This document shows, piece after piece, positions 1-9,954 of a stretch of DNA of 64,000 nucleotides. A program made the translations under genes and the position numbers. Position 1 is the first letter of the stretch. Every line of letters begins with the position of its first letter. The stretch lies in assembly GCA_038325765.1 (NCBI GenBank), contig JBBQJI010000013.1:66522-130521 (forward strand), given 5' to 3'. The notes beneath the pieces were generated by a model, which worked only from the letters and a program-made list of their open reading frames with translations, ran no database searches and was not told the DNA's origin. The stretch is from Nannocystales bacterium. GTDB taxonomy: Bacteria > Myxococcota_A > Polyangia > Nannocystales > Nannocystaceae.

Positions 1-115
1 GGCGTGCACGTCGATGTCCCACACGATCGCAAGTGACGGCACAACATCCGACGAGATTGCACGACCACCCGTCGCTGACGCGGTTATGACGGGCCTTTCG
101 TGTAGCGTGTCCGCC

Positions 116-745
116 ATGGTGTCGCGCATCGCTCGCCCCCTCGCGATCACGGTCCTCGCCGTCGTCGGTGCTGCGTGCCAACGCGAGCCGTCGTCTGCGG
201 ATCCGTGCAGCAATGGCGCCTGCGATCCGGCGCCGGATTGCGAGCTCGGCGGATGCATCGAGTCGCTCCCGACCTTGGCCTCGTCGCACAGCCCCATCGC
301 CGGCACCGAGGTCGAGACGGGCGCCGCGTGTCCGTATGTCGACGGCGTGCTCCCCGAGCGCGACGCGCTGCTCGACACCCGCGACATCCCCGAGTTCAAG
401 CGCGGCCGAGCGCGTCGGACCAACATGGACACCGGCGAGTCGAAGCCACAGAACATCGATCTGCACGCCCATCTCATGCCGGTGCAGGGGCTCATCTTCG
501 AGTGCATCGATATCGCCGCCTGTTACTCGAGCGGCATGGATCCATACGTCAGCGGCGACCTCGAGTTCCAGTTCGAGCTCGAGGCCGACGGACGCATCAG
601 CGCGGTCTCGGTGTCGCCCTCACCCACCCTGGCCGATCCGCTGGTCACCGCCTGCGCCCGCCGCTCGCTCTTCGAGTTCAAGCTCCCCGGCTACGACGGC
701 GCCCGCATGACCGTCAGCTACCGCGTCGAGATCGGCGAGGGCTGA
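116..745 (+). CDS. Putative lipoprotein with AgmX/PglI-type (TonB-C-like) C-terminal domain
   Basis: Part of ORF 14..745. The internal ATG at 116 gives signal peptide MVSRIARPLAITVLAVVGAAC with a lipobox Cys. The C-terminal ~90 aa (IFECIDIAACY...GDLEFQFELEADGRISAVSV...ACARRSLFEFKLPGYDGARMTVSYRVEI) fit the myxobacterial AgmX/PglI tail pattern. Confidence 0.6.
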   Translation: MVSRIARPLAITVLAVVGAACQREPSSADPCSNGACDPAPDCELGGCIESLPTLASSHSPIAGTEVETGAACPYVDGVLPERDALLDTRDIPEFKRGRARRTNMDTGESKPQNIDLHAHLMPVQGLIFECIDIAACYSSGMDPYVSGDLEFQFELEADGRISAVSVSPSPTLADPLVTACARRSLFEFKLPGYDGARMTVSYRVEIGEG

Positions 746-766
746 TCCTGTGTCGCGATTTTGGCC

Positions 767-2263
767 TCACCGGTCGAGTTCGTGCTCGAACGGCCAGGCC
801 ATCGGCTCGCTGACGAACAGTCGGCCCGGCGCGCGGGCGAACTGCCACGCCCCCCAACCTTGGATGAGCGCGCCGACGACCACCAGCACGCGAAACCGCG
901 TGCGGGCGGCCGCGCCGGCGAACGCCATCGCGACGAGCACCAGCGGCAACCAGTCGACGGCGAATCGATACGAGAACTGCACCTGGCCGCTGTTCTGGTA
1001 GGCGAGCGACGGCACGGCCGAGGCCGCAGCGGCGAGCCACAACGCCGCGCGCCCCTCGAAGCGGGCACGGTGGAGCGGCGCGAGCAGCAACCATGGCGAT
1101 CCGAGCCACAGCGCCGTGCCGTGGATCGACACGCGCACGTGGGGTGCCACCCCGGAGAACTGCGGCAGCAGCGAGAGCAGACACTGCAGGTTGCGCGGCA
1201 CGTACTGCAGGCTGAACAGACCGATGTCCTGGATGCGTGCCTGCCAGCGGGTGTCGAGGAACCGGTGCCCGAACTCGAAGGGGTCGGCGAAGCGCACCCA
1301 GTTGAGCCAGGCCACCGCGCCGCCGATCGCCGCCAACGGCAGCGCGAACCGCAGCAGCAGCCGCGGATCCCGACCGCTGCGCCACCACCAGAAGCCGAAC
1401 ACGATCACGCAGGGCAGGTGATTGATGGGCCGGCACGCGATCGCGAGGCCGAGCCATAGGCCCGCAAGCAGCGGCTGGCGCATGCGCCAACATGCGGCGA
1501 GATACAGGACCAGCGCCGCGGCGCCGATGATCTGCGCGGTGAACCACACGCGGCCGTTCGCCGCGAGCAAGACCGCGGGGCTCGCCAGGGTCCACGCGAT
1601 CGCGATCCAAAGGTGCTCGGCGGCGCGTCCTTCGTCCAACCCGCGCTCGCGGTCGAGCAAGCGCACGAGCACGACCGGGATGAGGGCACCGAGCAGCAGT
1701 GTCAGCAGCACGTCGGGAGTGCGCAGCCCGAGCGCGGCGACAACGGGCAGGAACACCGCCGCGGGCCCGGGCGGAAAGCTGACGTACCAGGTCTCGGTGC
1801 GGTCGACGATGTCGCGCCGTGCGATGTCGGTCCAGCCTCCACCGAGGATCCACCAGCGCTCGGTGCCGCCACCGCGCCGCGCCTGTACACACTCGGCGGT
1901 GCGGCAGGGGAAGCCGCGCACCCCACCGCCGCCTCGCAACTCGAGCGTGGTCACCACGGCCCAGTCGTCGTAGCGATGGACCTTGCAGCGCCCCGCGGCC
2001 CGGGCACGGGCCTCGCAGTAGCCCGGTGGCGTGCCCTCGAGGGCGAGCTCGCCCGCGAGCCAGCCCTGGGCCATGTGTACGAAGTGGTTGTCACGACTCG
2101 CGCGCGACCACTGCCCGCCGGCGAGCACTGCCAGCACTGCGAAGGCCGCGACGTAGACCAGGACGCCGAACACGAGCGGTCGCCGGCGCAACGCTGCGCC
2201 GCCCCCGTACGCGCGACGCAACCCAGCGCCGATGCGAGCGCGCCACGGAGCCGCGGCGAGCAC
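767..2263 (-). CDS. Polytopic membrane protein, GT-C-fold glycosyltransferase-like (GT39/ArnT/PMT-like); function uncertain
   Basis: Part of ORF 767..2437. It has many hydrophobic helices (FLPVVAALGL, WIAIAWTLASPAVLLAA, IIGAAALVLYLAAC, WLGLAIACRP, LPLVLVAMAFAGAA) and a large first loop after TM1. The start is uncertain; GTG at 2263 avoids overlap with the upstream gene. Confidence 0.45.
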   Translation of the reverse strand: MLAAAPWRARIGAGLRRAYGGGAALRRRPLVFGVLVYVAAFAVLAVLAGGQWSRASRDNHFVHMAQGWLAGELALEGTPPGYCEARARAAGRCKVHRYDDWAVVTTLELRGGGGVRGFPCRTAECVQARRGGGTERWWILGGGWTDIARRDIVDRTETWYVSFPPGPAAVFLPVVAALGLRTPDVLLTLLLGALIPVVLVRLLDRERGLDEGRAAEHLWIAIAWTLASPAVLLAANGRVWFTAQIIGAAALVLYLAACWRMRQPLLAGLWLGLAIACRPINHLPCVIVFGFWWWRSGRDPRLLLRFALPLAAIGGAVAWLNWVRFADPFEFGHRFLDTRWQARIQDIGLFSLQYVPRNLQCLLSLLPQFSGVAPHVRVSIHGTALWLGSPWLLLAPLHRARFEGRAALWLAAAASAVPSLAYQNSGQVQFSYRFAVDWLPLVLVAMAFAGAAARTRFRVLVVVGALIQGWGAWQFARAPGRLFVSEPMAWPFEHELDR

Positions 2264-2291
2264 TGGCGGCCGGTCGCCACCGCCCCGGTGG

Positions 2292-4322
2292 TCAGCCACC
2301 GCAGGCGTCGGCGAGGTTGTCGGTGACGTCCACCGCGCCGCCCACGGCGACCTGGCCGAGCAGCCCCGTGGCCTGACACGTCGGCAGCGCAGGATTGTCG
2401 CGAACCCGGAAATCCAACGCGATCGACCCGAGCGCACCGAAGCCTGCGAGGGTGCCGAGGCTGACGTTGTCGCGGATCGTGAAGCTGCCGCCCACCGAGC
2501 TGAGATCCGTCGCCGCCGAGACCACCGTCATCACCGGGTTGTCCGCGATGTAGAAGTAGTCACCGACCGACTGCAGCGTCCCCAAGCCGGTCACGCTGCC
2601 CAGCGCGTCGCACTCGCGGATCTGGAACCCACCGCCGACCACCTGCAGCGACGGCAGGACCACCGTCTGCAGACCGTCGTTGTCCTGGATCACCACGTCG
2701 TCGCTGACGAACGCCACCGACGCCAGTCCGTCGAGATCGAGCAACGAGTCGTTGTTCAGCACCGTGAGCTGGCCGCCCACCGCGGTGATGCCGGCCAGCC
2801 CGTCGACGTCCTGCAGCGCACCGTTGCCCTGGATACGCAGATCGTCGGGGGCGCTCTCGAGGCCGATGAGCCCGTCGATGTCGAGCAGCGCGTCGTTGGC
2901 GATGACCCGCAGCAGACCACCGACCTCGGACACGCCCGCGAGTCCGTCGATGTTCGCCAACGACGGATTCGACTGCACCGAGAGCACGCTGCCGACCACC
3001 TGCAGGCCGCTCAGGCCGTCGAGATCGGCGAGCGAGGCGTTGTTGTGGATCCACAGCGAGTTGCCGATCGACTGCACACCCGCGAAACCATCGATTTCGG
3101 TGAGCAGCGGGTTCGCCTCGACCACCAAGAAATTGCCGACGGCGTCGAGGGCACCGAGCGCGTCGACGCTCTGCAGCGCGGTGTTGTCGAACACGATGAC
3201 GTTGCCGCCCACGGCGTCGATGCCTTCGAGACCGACCAGCGAGGTGAGTTGGGGGTTGCTCTGGATGGTGACCGAGCCCGCGACCAGCCCCAGCGCGCTG
3301 AGGCCGGTGAGGCCGGTGAGCGCTGTGTTGGCCTCGATGCGCACGTCGCCGCCCGCCTGGGTCAGGCCGCCCAAGCCGGCCAGCGACGTCATCGCGCCGT
3401 TGCGCAGCACAAACAGCGTCTGCACCCCACCGGTGATGCCGATGAGGCCGAGCACGTCGGTCAGCGCCGGGTTGTCGCTCACGACGATGTCGCCGGTGAC
3501 GCCGCCCAGACCCCCGAGGCCGTCGATGTTGTCGAGCATCGCGTTGTCGCCGATCTCGACGCCGCCTACGGTGCCGCCGATGCCTGCCAGCGGGGCGGTG
3601 TCCTGCAGGCTGTCGAGATTCCACAGGCGGATGCGTCCGCCGACCGTCGTGACCGACTGCAAGCCATCGAGGGACGGCAGCACCGGGTCGTCGGTGATGA
3701 AGAGGAAATCGCCGACGCTGGTGAGCGACGCGAGCGCCGACATCGACGTCAGCTGGGGGTTGTTCGTCACGTAGGCGTAGCCACCGACGCTCTGCAGATC
3801 GTCGAGGCCGTCGAGCGCGAGCAGGCCGGGATTGTCGCGGATGTCGAGCGAGCCGCCGATCGTCCGCAGGCACTGCAGCGTGTCGAGCGCGGGGGCGTCG
3901 AGCTGCTGCACGAAGAGGCTGCCGGAGATCGCGTCGTAGCCCTCGAGGGCGAACGCCTCGTCCATGTCGCGGATCACCGCGTCACCCTCGAACGTGCCCA
4001 GGCTGCACACCGGATCGAGCGTCGTGCTCGACGACTCGCTCGACGATTCACTCGACGATGCGCTAGAGGACTCGGTGGTCGACTCGGTGAAGGTGTCCGA
4101 GCCCGACGTGTCGGCGAGGCTGGGGTCGCGCGACGTCGAAGCGTCGCCACTGTCGCCAGCGCTCGTCGTGTCGTCGTTGCCGGCATCGAGCGACAGCTCG
4201 AAGTCGCTGCGCCCGCAGGCAGGGCCGAGCAGCGCGAAGGCGAGCGCGACGCTCAGGCCCCGCGCGTGGGTCCACCTGGGAAAGGACGACGAGGGCTCGC
4301 AGGCCGGCGTGGAGGCCAACAC
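2292..4322 (-). CDS. Secreted lipoprotein with about 20 leucine-rich (receptor-L-domain / LRR_5-like) repeats
   Basis: Lipobox LSVALAFALLGPAC, then a Ser/Thr-rich linker (ESTTESSSASSSESSSESSSTT), then ~23-24 aa repeats of the form L..L..VGG.L.I..N..L..L.GL. Confidence 0.75.
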   Translation of the reverse strand: MLASTPACEPSSSFPRWTHARGLSVALAFALLGPACGRSDFELSLDAGNDDTTSAGDSGDASTSRDPSLADTSGSDTFTESTTESSSASSSESSSESSSTTLDPVCSLGTFEGDAVIRDMDEAFALEGYDAISGSLFVQQLDAPALDTLQCLRTIGGSLDIRDNPGLLALDGLDDLQSVGGYAYVTNNPQLTSMSALASLTSVGDFLFITDDPVLPSLDGLQSVTTVGGRIRLWNLDSLQDTAPLAGIGGTVGGVEIGDNAMLDNIDGLGGLGGVTGDIVVSDNPALTDVLGLIGITGGVQTLFVLRNGAMTSLAGLGGLTQAGGDVRIEANTALTGLTGLSALGLVAGSVTIQSNPQLTSLVGLEGIDAVGGNVIVFDNTALQSVDALGALDAVGNFLVVEANPLLTEIDGFAGVQSIGNSLWIHNNASLADLDGLSGLQVVGSVLSVQSNPSLANIDGLAGVSEVGGLLRVIANDALLDIDGLIGLESAPDDLRIQGNGALQDVDGLAGITAVGGQLTVLNNDSLLDLDGLASVAFVSDDVVIQDNDGLQTVVLPSLQVVGGGFQIRECDALGSVTGLGTLQSVGDYFYIADNPVMTVVSAATDLSSVGGSFTIRDNVSLGTLAGFGALGSIALDFRVRDNPALPTCQATGLLGQVAVGGAVDVTDNLADACGG

Positions 4323-4434
4323 GGAGCGTAGTGTGGGGCGTCGGCTGCGAAACTGTCAAACCGCACGGGATGGCGTCGGCGCCGCCGCATCACGGCGACG
4401 GCGCGCCGCGAACTCGCCCGGCGACCCCGGTGGC

Positions 4435-5616
4435 TCAGGCCCGCTCGCGCACGCAGATGACTCGCCCGCCGTCCCAGCCCGATGGGATGGCGCTGATGCG
4501 GTCGCGCTTGATCACCAGCACCAGCCGGAGGTCACCGAACGTGTCGCCCTTGGTGAGACTCCAAAACGATCCCTTGCGGACCATCTTCGCCCGCGACATC
4601 GACATCAGCTCGCCGATTTCGGGCAGGCGCCAGTCGCTGATCCCGGCGACCGTCAGCGCGGCGCAGTAGGCCGTCGCCCCGGCGAAGTCCGCCGGCTTCT
4701 TCGCCTCTGCCGCGACCACGAAGACATCGAGCGCACGGATCTCGCGGCTGCGCAGCGCGGCGACGATCGCCGCGGAATCCTCGACGGGTAGCGTCGGTGC
4801 GGGCGACGGTTCCATCGCCGCGGCTGCAGCCAACGGCGGCGGGAGATCGGCCGGCGGATCGACCGCCGCGGCGTCGGTCGGCGAGGGCACGGTCCCCGCG
4901 TCGGCAGGCGCCGCATCGGCGGTTGGGTGACGCGGCACGAGCACGAGCAGGGCCGCAGCGGCGGCAGCCAGCACTGCTGCGCCGATCATCGCATGGCGGC
5001 GACGGGGTGCGGGGCTCGCGTCGCCCAGGCCCACCGCGACCGCAGCGGCGTGCGCCCCCGCGATCCCCGGCGCCGTGGCGGGCGACGCCAGTCCTTCGGC
5101 GGACTCGAAGTTCGGCGGGACGACGGCATACCCGCGGACCGCCGCGCTGGCATCCGCGGCAACGGTCGAGGGCGGAAGGTGACCGGTGACGCGACCGGTG
5201 GCATCGCGCACCGTGATGCGGCGACCGACGCTTGTCACCCGATCCGCGAACACACCCGCCGGGATGCCACCCATGCCCAGGGCCAACGAGCGCGACATCG
5301 GCACGCCGAGATCGCGGAGCACCGCCCGCAGCACCTCTGCGCGCTCGGCCCCGAGGGCCGCACCGCGAGCGATCACGAACAGACCGCGGCCGCCGAGCTT
5401 GGCGCACGCTTCCATGATCGGCCCATCGACGGGCGCATCACCGTCGGTGACGATCACCTCCACCACGTCCTGACCCCGCGCGCAGAGCTCGTGGGCAACC
5501 GACGCCGCGGCCGCCGCATCCGCTGCAGCATGCGCCAGCACCACCGTGAATTCCCCTGCACCCTCGGACATGGATCGTGCGACGCGCTCCGTCGCCTCCA
5601 GGGTAATGCTGTGCAT
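4435..5616 (-). CDS. Single-pass membrane protein: cytoplasmic alpha/beta (possibly TIR-like) domain, TM helix, Pro/Ala linker, DUF1566 (Lcl C-terminal)-like domain
   Basis: ATG at 5616 (MHSITLEAT), 2 nt after the htrA stop. TM helix HAMIGAAVLAAAAAALLVLV. The C-terminus ATAYCAALTVAGISDWRLPEIGELMSMS...FWS...RVICVRE fits the DUF1566 motif pattern. Confidence 0.6.
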   Translation of the reverse strand: MHSITLEATERVARSMSEGAGEFTVVLAHAAADAAAAASVAHELCARGQDVVEVIVTDGDAPVDGPIMEACAKLGGRGLFVIARGAALGAERAEVLRAVLRDLGVPMSRSLALGMGGIPAGVFADRVTSVGRRITVRDATGRVTGHLPPSTVAADASAAVRGYAVVPPNFESAEGLASPATAPGIAGAHAAAVAVGLGDASPAPRRRHAMIGAAVLAAAAAALLVLVPRHPTADAAPADAGTVPSPTDAAAVDPPADLPPPLAAAAAMEPSPAPTLPVEDSAAIVAALRSREIRALDVFVVAAEAKKPADFAGATAYCAALTVAGISDWRLPEIGELMSMSRAKMVRKGSFWSLTKGDTFGDLRLVLVIKRDRISAIPSGWDGGRVICVRERA

Positions 5617-5618
5617 CG

Positions 5619-7112
5619 TTACGGGTCGCGACGCAACAACACGTAGTGTCCGAAGCCCCCGCGCTCGACCCGGAGCCGCAGGCCGCGGGCGAGGTTGGCC
5701 CCGTCGAGCAGCTTGCGGGCCTGTTTGGCCGATTGCACCGGTTGGTCGCCGATCTCGACGAGCACGTCGCCGGGCTGGAGCTCGCGGAGCGCCACCGAGT
5801 GGGGCGCAACATCCGTCACCACTGCACCCTTGCGCACGTCGAGGCGCCATCGCGCCCGTAACTCGTCGCTGGGATCGGCGAGTTCCAGGCCGTGGGCAGG
5901 CGTGGCGGGGGCCTTGGGCTTGGCCGTCGGCGTCCGACGCTTGGCAGCGGGCTCGTCTTGGCCCGGCAGCGTCCCGAGCACGAGCGCGATCATGCGCGGG
6001 TCGCCCCCGCGACTCACCGTGAGCTCGACCTTGGTGCCGGGACGGCGCTGGGCCACACCGTTGCGCAGCGCCACCATGTCGCGCAGCGGCCGGCCATCGA
6101 GGGCGGTGACGATGTCGCCGGCCCGCAGGCCCGCCGCGGCCGCGGGCCCCTTGGGATCGATGTCGTCGACGAGCACGCCGTCGGCGCCCGCGTGTCCGAA
6201 GCTGAGCGCCAGCGCCGGGGTGAGCCGGCCCATCACCACGCCGAGCCAGCCGCGCTCGACCGAGCCATGGGCGATGAGCTGGGCCATCACGTCGCGGGCC
6301 AGATCCGAAGGGATCGCGAAGCCCACGCCGCTGCTGCCGCCGCTTTGCGAGGCGATCGCGGTGTTGATGCCGATCACGTGACCACGCAGATCGATGAGCG
6401 GCCCGCCCGAGTTGCCCTGATTGATCGCGGCGTCGGTCTGGATGAAGTCACCGTAGTCGGTGATGCCCATGCCGCCGCGTCCCACCGCGCTGACGATCCC
6501 CGCGCTCACGCTCTTGGCCAGGCCGAACGGGCTGCCCGCCGCCATCACCCACTGCCCGACGCGCACATGCTCGGATGCGGCGGTGTTGGCGGCGACGAGG
6601 CGGTCGGCCTCGATGCGGATCACGGCGAGGTCGGACTTGGGATCGGTGCCGATGATCTCGGCGGTGAGCTCACGCTCGTCGTTCAAGCGCACGCGCAGCG
6701 ACGTGGCCCCGGCAACCACGTGGTTGTTGGTGAGGATGTAGCCGCGAGCATCGAGGATGACGCCGCTGCCCAGGCCGCGCACGGTACCGTCGGGGGGCCC
6801 CAGCGGCCGCAGGAACGCGGGGACGTTGCCCTGCTCCATCGCGCGCTCGCTGGTGATCGAGACCACCGAGGGGGCGATGGTCTGCGCGGCGCGCTCGAAG
6901 GCGCGCTCGAGCTCGCGCACACCGGCGACCGCGGGCGGGCCATCCTCGGCATCCGCAGCAACGCGACTCGCGGCGGTCGCGACCGGCGATCGGTTCGTGG
7001 CCGGCGTCGTTGCGCAGCCGCACACCGCGGCAGCCGACAACAACGACGCCAGCGTCAGTGAACGAAGCACGCGGGTGCGTGACACGTGATGGACCTCCGA
7101 TGTGCGCAGCAT
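5619..7112 (-). CDS. htrA: HtrA/DegP-family periplasmic serine endoprotease with two PDZ domains
   Basis: Trypsin-like catalytic motifs TNNHVV (His), DLAVIRI (Asp) and GNSGGPLID (Ser). Two PDZ-like segments follow. Lipoprotein-type signal LASLLSAAAVCGC. Start taken at ATG 7112 (MLRTSEV). Confidence 0.9.
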   Translation of the reverse strand: MLRTSEVHHVSRTRVLRSLTLASLLSAAAVCGCATTPATNRSPVATAASRVAADAEDGPPAVAGVRELERAFERAAQTIAPSVVSITSERAMEQGNVPAFLRPLGPPDGTVRGLGSGVILDARGYILTNNHVVAGATSLRVRLNDERELTAEIIGTDPKSDLAVIRIEADRLVAANTAASEHVRVGQWVMAAGSPFGLAKSVSAGIVSAVGRGGMGITDYGDFIQTDAAINQGNSGGPLIDLRGHVIGINTAIASQSGGSSGVGFAIPSDLARDVMAQLIAHGSVERGWLGVVMGRLTPALALSFGHAGADGVLVDDIDPKGPAAAAGLRAGDIVTALDGRPLRDMVALRNGVAQRRPGTKVELTVSRGGDPRMIALVLGTLPGQDEPAAKRRTPTAKPKAPATPAHGLELADPSDELRARWRLDVRKGAVVTDVAPHSVALRELQPGDVLVEIGDQPVQSAKQARKLLDGANLARGLRLRVERGGFGHYVLLRRDP

Positions 7113-7182
7113 GGACGGATCGCAGTATAGCGGCTGCCATCGGCGGGGCCACGGCGCCGACATCGGTGGCCCCGCCGAGCCT

Positions 7183-8184
7183 TCACCCGGACGGCTGCAT
7201 CACGACGCGACCACGGCAGTCCTCGGCGATGTCGCCGGCCCACACCACGCTGCGCTCCACGGTCGTCCCCGCGCGCACGACCACGCCGGGGCCGAGCTGC
7301 ACGTGGGGCCCGACCCTGGCGCCGGCCTCGATGCGCGCGCCCGGACCGACCCACACCGGCTCGGTGACGATCGCACCGGGCTCCACCGTGGCCTCGGACG
7401 AGACGCCGCGCACCGGCCCGGGCGCATACGGCAGCGGCACCATCCCGTCGAGCGCGTTGCACACCCCTTGCAAGTAGCGCTCGGCCGTCGAGTGCTCCCA
7501 CCAATAGCGCCGCGTGACGAAGCCATGCAGCCCGCGGCCCTCATCGAAGAGCGACAGGTATGCGGTTCGGATCACGCACTGCTCGCCCAGGGCCGGGATT
7601 CGATCGAGGAAGCGCGGCGTGACCACGTGGATGCCGGTGAACATCATCGGCTCGGACACCGGGGCGGGCGCGGACACTGCGGGCTCGCGTCCGAGCAGCC
7701 GCACGATGCGGCCGTCGGCGGCGAGCTCCTGGCTGCCCCAACGCGCCGCCTCGGCGTCGGGACGCACGACCATCGTCGCCTCGGCCCCGGCGGCGCGGTG
7801 AGCCGCGAGCACGGCGGGCAGATCGAGGTCGACCAGGAGCTTGGCGTTCATCACCACGAGCGGCACGTCGTGGCCGTCGTCGAACAACGGCCGGGCATGC
7901 CGCAGCCCACCGCCGGTGCCGAGGATCTGGCCGTCCTCGCGCGAGTAGGCGATCGCCACCCCATCGCGGGAGCCGTCGCCGAGCTCGGCTTCGATCTGTT
8001 CACCGAGGTGGTGGAGGTTGACGACGATCTCGCGGATGCCGTGGTGATGCAGCCAGCGCACCGCCCATCGCACGAGCGGCACGCCCAGCACCGGCAGCAT
8101 CGGCTTGGGGCGGACGCGCCCCAGATCGCCGAGGCGCGAGCCGAAACCCGCCGCGAGAATCATGGCCCGGACCGCACGTGGCAT
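7183..8184 (-). CDS. NDP-sugar pyrophosphorylase (sugar-1-phosphate nucleotidyltransferase) with C-terminal left-handed beta-helix
   Basis: N-terminal ILAAGFGSRLG...KPMLPV signature. The C-terminal hexapeptide-like region runs IVTEPVWVGPGARIEAGARVGPHVQLGPGVVV. Confidence 0.8.
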   Translation of the reverse strand: MPRAVRAMILAAGFGSRLGDLGRVRPKPMLPVLGVPLVRWAVRWLHHHGIREIVVNLHHLGEQIEAELGDGSRDGVAIAYSREDGQILGTGGGLRHARPLFDDGHDVPLVVMNAKLLVDLDLPAVLAAHRAAGAEATMVVRPDAEAARWGSQELAADGRIVRLLGREPAVSAPAPVSEPMMFTGIHVVTPRFLDRIPALGEQCVIRTAYLSLFDEGRGLHGFVTRRYWWEHSTAERYLQGVCNALDGMVPLPYAPGPVRGVSSEATVEPGAIVTEPVWVGPGARIEAGARVGPHVQLGPGVVVRAGTTVERSVVWAGDIAEDCRGRVVMQPSG

Positions 8185-8208
8185 CCCCCTCGGTCTACCA
8201 GCTCCGCG

Positions 8209-9900
8209 TCAGAACACCCAGACGATGCGCTCGAGGATGAACATCGTGAGGGCGATGCCAGAGGCCATGATGCCGATGACGCCGAAGCCACGGAGCATTC
8301 CCGCCCGCGCCGCGCGTCGCAGCTCGCCCTCGAGCTCCGCGCGCTCGTCGGGGGCCATCGCAGTGTCGAGGCGCAGCTCGCCGAGCGTGACGTCGGCGGC
8401 GCGCCGGTGGCTGCGGATCATGCCGACCGCCATCGCGCCGAGGAACAGCGCCCCGCCGCCGAGCAAGAACACGCGCATGCCGATCCGCGCGCGCCCCTGG
8501 GTGCGGGCCAGCTCCTGCTCGAGCCGCGGCCTCGTGACCAACGCGACCGGCGGGCCGAAGATCTCGGTCGGCAGCGTGCCCAGTAGCATGCGCCGGCCCA
8601 CGTCCACCTCGGCGGGGCCGAGCGTTGCGACGGCGACCGCGTCGAGCCAGCCGCGCTCGAGCGTGGCATCGTAGTCGCGCTCGATGCGAGGACGTTCGAC
8701 GGCATCGCGATGCGCGGCGATGAGCGGCGACAGGCTCGCGGCGATGGTCGGATCGGCCGCGGTGATCTGCACCATCGCCGTCGCGGTCGACTCGCCCGGG
8801 GCGGTGAGATGGTTGTGCGCCTCGATCTGCAGCAGCCCCGCGGGCATGCCGACCGGCACCTGCCACGGGCGAGGGGGCTCGCGTCCCACCACCGGCGGAT
8901 GCATCACGTCGGCGAGCCCGCCGCCCGAGCCGTGGATGTCGACGTGGATCGCGAGCTTCGCCGAGAGGCCCCACGCCTTGACGTCGATGGTGTCGCCGGG
9001 GGCGACGGCCGCGGGCTCGGCGACGACGTCGACGGCGCCGGCGAAGCTCACCATGCGCAGGCGTCGACGCACCGCGGCGCCGTCGGGGCCCTTGGCGCGG
9101 ACCTCGACGCGGAGCAGCTCGCTGCCCAGCGGTCCCTCGAGTCGTGCCACTCCCAGGGGATCGGGAACACCGCGGAACAGTGACGGCGGCCGCTCGACAT
9201 CGCCGACGTGCCCAGCATACTCGCCGTCGACCAGCACCACCTCGATCTCACCACGGTGCGGGCGCCCGGCCTCGTCGGTCACGCGGACGAACAGCTCGTT
9301 GTCGAAGCCCGCCAGCAATCGGCCCGCCGGTCGCACCACGATGCGCAGCCCTCGAGGTTGGGCATCGCTGTCATCGCCGTGCTGCAGGACCGATCCCGAC
9401 ACCACCGGCGTGCCGGCCATCGGCGCCCGCGTGGTGTTCACCTCGACGTCGATGCGCTCGTCGATCGGATCGACGCCCTCGCCCTCGACGTGGATGTGCA
9501 GCGTCGCGGTACCGGGGTGCAGCGGCGGCACCTCGAAGCTGACCTCGCCGATCGCCCCGCCCTCGACGATCCCCGGCGTCGGCAACGGCCACGTATGGCC
9601 GTCCTGCTCGACCGCGACTGCGATCGCGGTGTCCTCCATCGGGCCGGACCGCGTGGCGACCACGGCGACGCGCAGCCCCAGCCGCTCGCCGGCGATCCAC
9701 GTGCGTTCGACCTGGACCAGCAGGCTGTGACGGACGTGCATGGTCGAGACCCAGAGGCTCGCGACCAGGGCGATCGCGAGGCCGATGGGCCCGGCGATCA
9801 CGAACCCGCGACCGAACCGAACCCGGCGCAGCGGCGACGAGAGCAGATCGAAGCCCTCGTCGAGGTCACCCTCGGATCGCGCGTCGTGGAGCTCGTTCAT
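8209..9900 (-). CDS. Hypothetical membrane protein with beta-rich (Ig/macroglobulin-like?) periplasmic region
   Basis: N-terminal TM helix FVIAGPIGLAIALVASLWV, two C-terminal TM helices (VFLLGGGALFLGAMAVGMI and GFGVIGIMASGIALTMFIL), and coding-like composition. No family recognised. Confidence 0.55.
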   Translation of the reverse strand: MNELHDARSEGDLDEGFDLLSSPLRRVRFGRGFVIAGPIGLAIALVASLWVSTMHVRHSLLVQVERTWIAGERLGLRVAVVATRSGPMEDTAIAVAVEQDGHTWPLPTPGIVEGGAIGEVSFEVPPLHPGTATLHIHVEGEGVDPIDERIDVEVNTTRAPMAGTPVVSGSVLQHGDDSDAQPRGLRIVVRPAGRLLAGFDNELFVRVTDEAGRPHRGEIEVVLVDGEYAGHVGDVERPPSLFRGVPDPLGVARLEGPLGSELLRVEVRAKGPDGAAVRRRLRMVSFAGAVDVVAEPAAVAPGDTIDVKAWGLSAKLAIHVDIHGSGGGLADVMHPPVVGREPPRPWQVPVGMPAGLLQIEAHNHLTAPGESTATAMVQITAADPTIAASLSPLIAAHRDAVERPRIERDYDATLERGWLDAVAVATLGPAEVDVGRRMLLGTLPTEIFGPPVALVTRPRLEQELARTQGRARIGMRVFLLGGGALFLGAMAVGMIRSHRRAADVTLGELRLDTAMAPDERAELEGELRRAARAGMLRGFGVIGIMASGIALTMFILERIVWVF

Positions 9901-9954
9901 GATCGGGACAGCTCTGGCAGGCCCGCAGCGATTGTCGTATGATCGGCGCCGTCC

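Noticed and set aside
2232-4331. 699-aa plus-strand ORF covering the LRR lipoprotein locus
   Set aside because: It is an antisense shadow ORF typical of GC-rich DNA. Its translation is dominated by R/D/H/Q/A runs with no signal or domain logic. The minus-strand ORF has a lipobox and regular LRR repeats.
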